A DNA stretch of 38,480 nucleotides, taken from Planctomycetota bacterium (lineage in GTDB: Bacteria; Planctomycetota; UBA11346). The stretch spans positions 1-38,480 of the forward strand of contig JBBRLJ010000048.1 in assembly GCA_038231435.1 (NCBI GenBank). Direction: 5' to 3'. Below the pieces are notes generated by a model. The model searched no databases and had not been told where the DNA came from. It worked only from the letters and a program-made list of their open reading frames with translations. The first letter of the stretch is position 1. Each line of letters starts with the position of its first letter. A program made the position numbers and the translations under genes. Positions 36,749 through 38,480 of the stretch are shown here, piece after piece.

Positions 36749-38214
36749 TCGGCGTCGCGAGATGTCAGCAAGCCGTAGCGCTTGCGCAGCGTGTACAGGA
36801 CCTTGCGGGTGATGCCGAGATACGCGGCGGTGCGCACCGGCGAGCCGTCGTTGAGCTCGAGCGCAGCGCCGATCACCGTGCGCTGCCAGGCGTCGAGATC
36901 GAAACCGCCCGCAGGCAGCGTCACCGCCGAGGCGTCGAGCGCAGTCGGCCCGTGCGCCGGCGGTGACGCCGGCTGCGACGCCGATGGTGAAAGGGAAGCC
37001 GACGCAGGATGCAAGGCTGCCGACGCCGGAGCCGCGAGCGAGGGCGCCGCCGCCGCGGCCTCGGGCGACAGTTCTCGGAGTCTCGTCTCGTCGAGCGCTT
37101 GGCCCTCCCACATCAGCGAGGCCTCCTCGAGCAGATGCAGCATCTGGCGGACATTCCCCGGCCAGGGCTGCGCGGCGAGGAAGGCCTCGGCCTCGGCCGT
37201 GAAGCGCTGGAAGCCGCGCCCGCGCGCGCGGCGCACGCGCTCGAGCAGGATGCGCGCGAGCGGTACGATGGTCTCGCGGCGTTCGCGCAGCGGCGGAATG
37301 CGCAGGTGGCCCACCTTCAGGCGGTAGTAGAGATCCTCGCGAAATTTTCCGCTGCGCACCTGTTCGAGCAGACGCGCGTTGGTCGCGCACACCACCCGTG
37401 CCTGCAGCTTCTGCTGCTTGTTCGAGCCGAGCGGATACCAGGTACGCTCCTCGAGCAGGCGCAGCAGCTTGGCCTGCTGTTCGCCGGGCATGTCGCCGAT
37501 CTCGTCGAGGAACACCGTGCCGCCGTTGGCGGCGACCAGCTTGCCGGTGGATCCGCCCGGCGCTGCGCCGGTGAAGGCGCCGGCGGCATAGCCGAAGAGC
37601 TCGGACTCGAACAGCCCGGGGGCGATCGCCGCGCAGTTGATGGCCACGTAGGGATCGCGCGAGGGCTTGCCGCCATGGTGCACGCGGCGGGCGAACAGCT
37701 CCTTGCCGGTACCGGTCTCGCCTTCGAGCAGGCAGGGCAGGTCCCGCGCGGCATGCAAGCGGTCGGCCATCGCCAGCAGCCGCTCCATCTGCTCGCCGCA
37801 CACCACCAGGCCGTCGGCTTCCTCGCGCGCGGCGCGCGGCGGCGCGGCCACGGTGTGCGCGCTGGCGGCGACGCGTTCGACCAGCGCGTGCAGATCGGCG
37901 ACGCTCACCGGCTTGCGCAGATAGTCGATCGCGCCCAGGCGCAGCGCCTCGATCGCCGTCTCGGTGTCTCCGAACGCGGTCATCAGCGCGAACGGCGGCG
38001 GATCGTCGAGGCTCTCGAGCGCTTGCAGCAGATCGAGCCCACCCATGACCGGCATGCGCAGATCCGAGATGATGAGATCGGGGCGCTCCTTCGCGGTCGC
38101 CGCCAAGGCCTCGCGGCCGTTGCCGGCGTGGCTGACCGCGTGCCCGAGCTGCTCCAGGAAATCGCCGATGCTCTGGCGCACCTCGGGATGGTCGTCGACC
38201 AGGAGCATGCGCAT
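36745..38214 (-). CDS. Sigma54-dependent response regulator (NtrC/AtoC family)
   Basis: REC (LVDD, SDLRMP, KP), AAA+ (GETGTGKE, ESELFG, GAFTGA, FLDEIG, FREDLYYRL, WPGNVRQ) and a C-terminal Fis-type HTH. Confidence 0.96.
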   Translation of the reverse strand: MRMLLVDDHPEVRQSIGDFLEQLGHAVSHAGNGREALAATAKERPDLIISDLRMPVMGGLDLLQALESLDDPPPFALMTAFGDTETAIEALRLGAIDYLRKPVSVADLHALVERVAASAHTVAAPPRAAREEADGLVVCGEQMERLLAMADRLHAARDLPCLLEGETGTGKELFARRVHHGGKPSRDPYVAINCAAIAPGLFESELFGYAAGAFTGAAPGGSTGKLVAANGGTVFLDEIGDMPGEQQAKLLRLLEERTWYPLGSNKQQKLQARVVCATNARLLEQVRSGKFREDLYYRLKVGHLRIPPLRERRETIVPLARILLERVRRARGRGFQRFTAEAEAFLAAQPWPGNVRQMLHLLEEASLMWEGQALDETRLRELSPEAAAAAPSLAAPASAALHPASASLSPSASQPASPPAHGPTALDASAVTLPAGGFDLDAWQRTVIGAALELNDGSPVRTAAYLGITRKVLYTLRKRYGLLTSRDAE

Positions 38215-38220
38215 GCCTGC

Positions 38221-38229
38221 ATGCTAGCA
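38221..38229 (-). promoter_or_regulatory. Extended -10 (TG-c-TAGCAT) 6 nt upstream of the regulator ATG; putative leaderless promoter
   Basis: The minus strand reads ...cagccTGcTAGCATgcaggcATG with no Shine-Dalgarno sequence. Confidence 0.5.
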
Positions 38230-38480
38230 GGCTGCTGAAGAACGGCTTTTTGTTTCAGGGGCTTCGCCCCTACGGCCCTGCGGGCCTACCCCACGGGCTT
38301 TGTCGGGGCTCGATGTCTCCGCTGCGCTGCGACATCGTCGGCGGATCGGCTACGCCGATTGTATCCGCCGACCGCCCCTCGGCGCCCGGCTGTTGTTTCA
38401 GGGGCTTCGCCCCTACGGCCCTGCGGGCCTACCCCACGGGCTTTGTCGGGGCTCGAATTCATCGCTTCGCGCTGAATTCG
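38224..38480. mobile_element. MITE-like or IS-derived structured element (truncated by the window edge)
   Basis: Begins CTAG-CAGGCTGCTGAAGAAC, which I recognise as resembling IS5/IS1182-type ends. It is non-coding and hairpin-dense, with an internal direct repeat. Confidence 0.55.
38250..38456. repeat. Identical 64-bp direct repeat (38250-38313 and 38393-38456), period 143 bp
   Basis: ttgtttcaggggcttcgcccctacggccctgcgggcctaccccacgggctttgtcggggctcga occurs twice. Confidence 0.92.

Noticed and set aside
32887..37801. Long N-terminal extensions of the RlmN (to 34941) and HK (to 37801) ORFs
   Set aside because: The extensions overlap upstream genes in another frame; ATGA-coupled starts at 34050 and 36748 explain the genes.
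38250..38480. Possible CRISPR array
   Set aside because: The 64-bp repeat and 79-bp palindromic spacer are outside typical CRISPR sizes, there are only two copies, and no cas genes are in the window.
1..38480. tRNA/rRNA genes, prophage or anti-phage defence genes
   Set aside because: No recognisable cloverleaf, rRNA, phage structural, nuclease or RT motifs by eye; a tRNAscan/Infernal/DefenseFinder run would be needed to exclude them formally.

Overview
High-GC bacterial chromosomal segment; the S2 and EF-Ts sequences and gene content suggest a Planctomycetota/PVC-type organism (inference, not verified). It is mostly housekeeping: rpsB-tsf, ribD, purT, purE, cmk, an rlmN-family gene, an ABC-F ATPase, and LptD-like, DciA-like and FucI-like genes. 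Signalling and accessory genes include an ECF sigma factor, an FHA protein, a REC-PP2C phosphatase, a sigma54 activator with two histidine kinases, two ankyrin paralogs, a pirin and a squalene synthase. The window begins at the right end of an IS3-family element and ends in a structured repeat/MITE-like element with an IS5/IS1182-type terminus. No rRNA, tRNA or CRISPR array was seen. The most notable observations are: (1) an intact but catalytically dead, end-less transposase N-terminal domain coupled to an aldo-keto reductase; (2) a MITE-like end that appears to supply the extended -10 promoter of a four-gene ATGA-coupled activator-HK-HK-RlmN operon; (3) a Cmk fused to a cupin-like domain; (4) an LptD-like/unknown/squalene synthase gene run; (5) a CheR-like probable pseudo-enzyme; (6) interlocking stems in the rpsB leader; (7) many apparently leaderless genes. 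All calls come from motif recognition by eye; no database searches were run.
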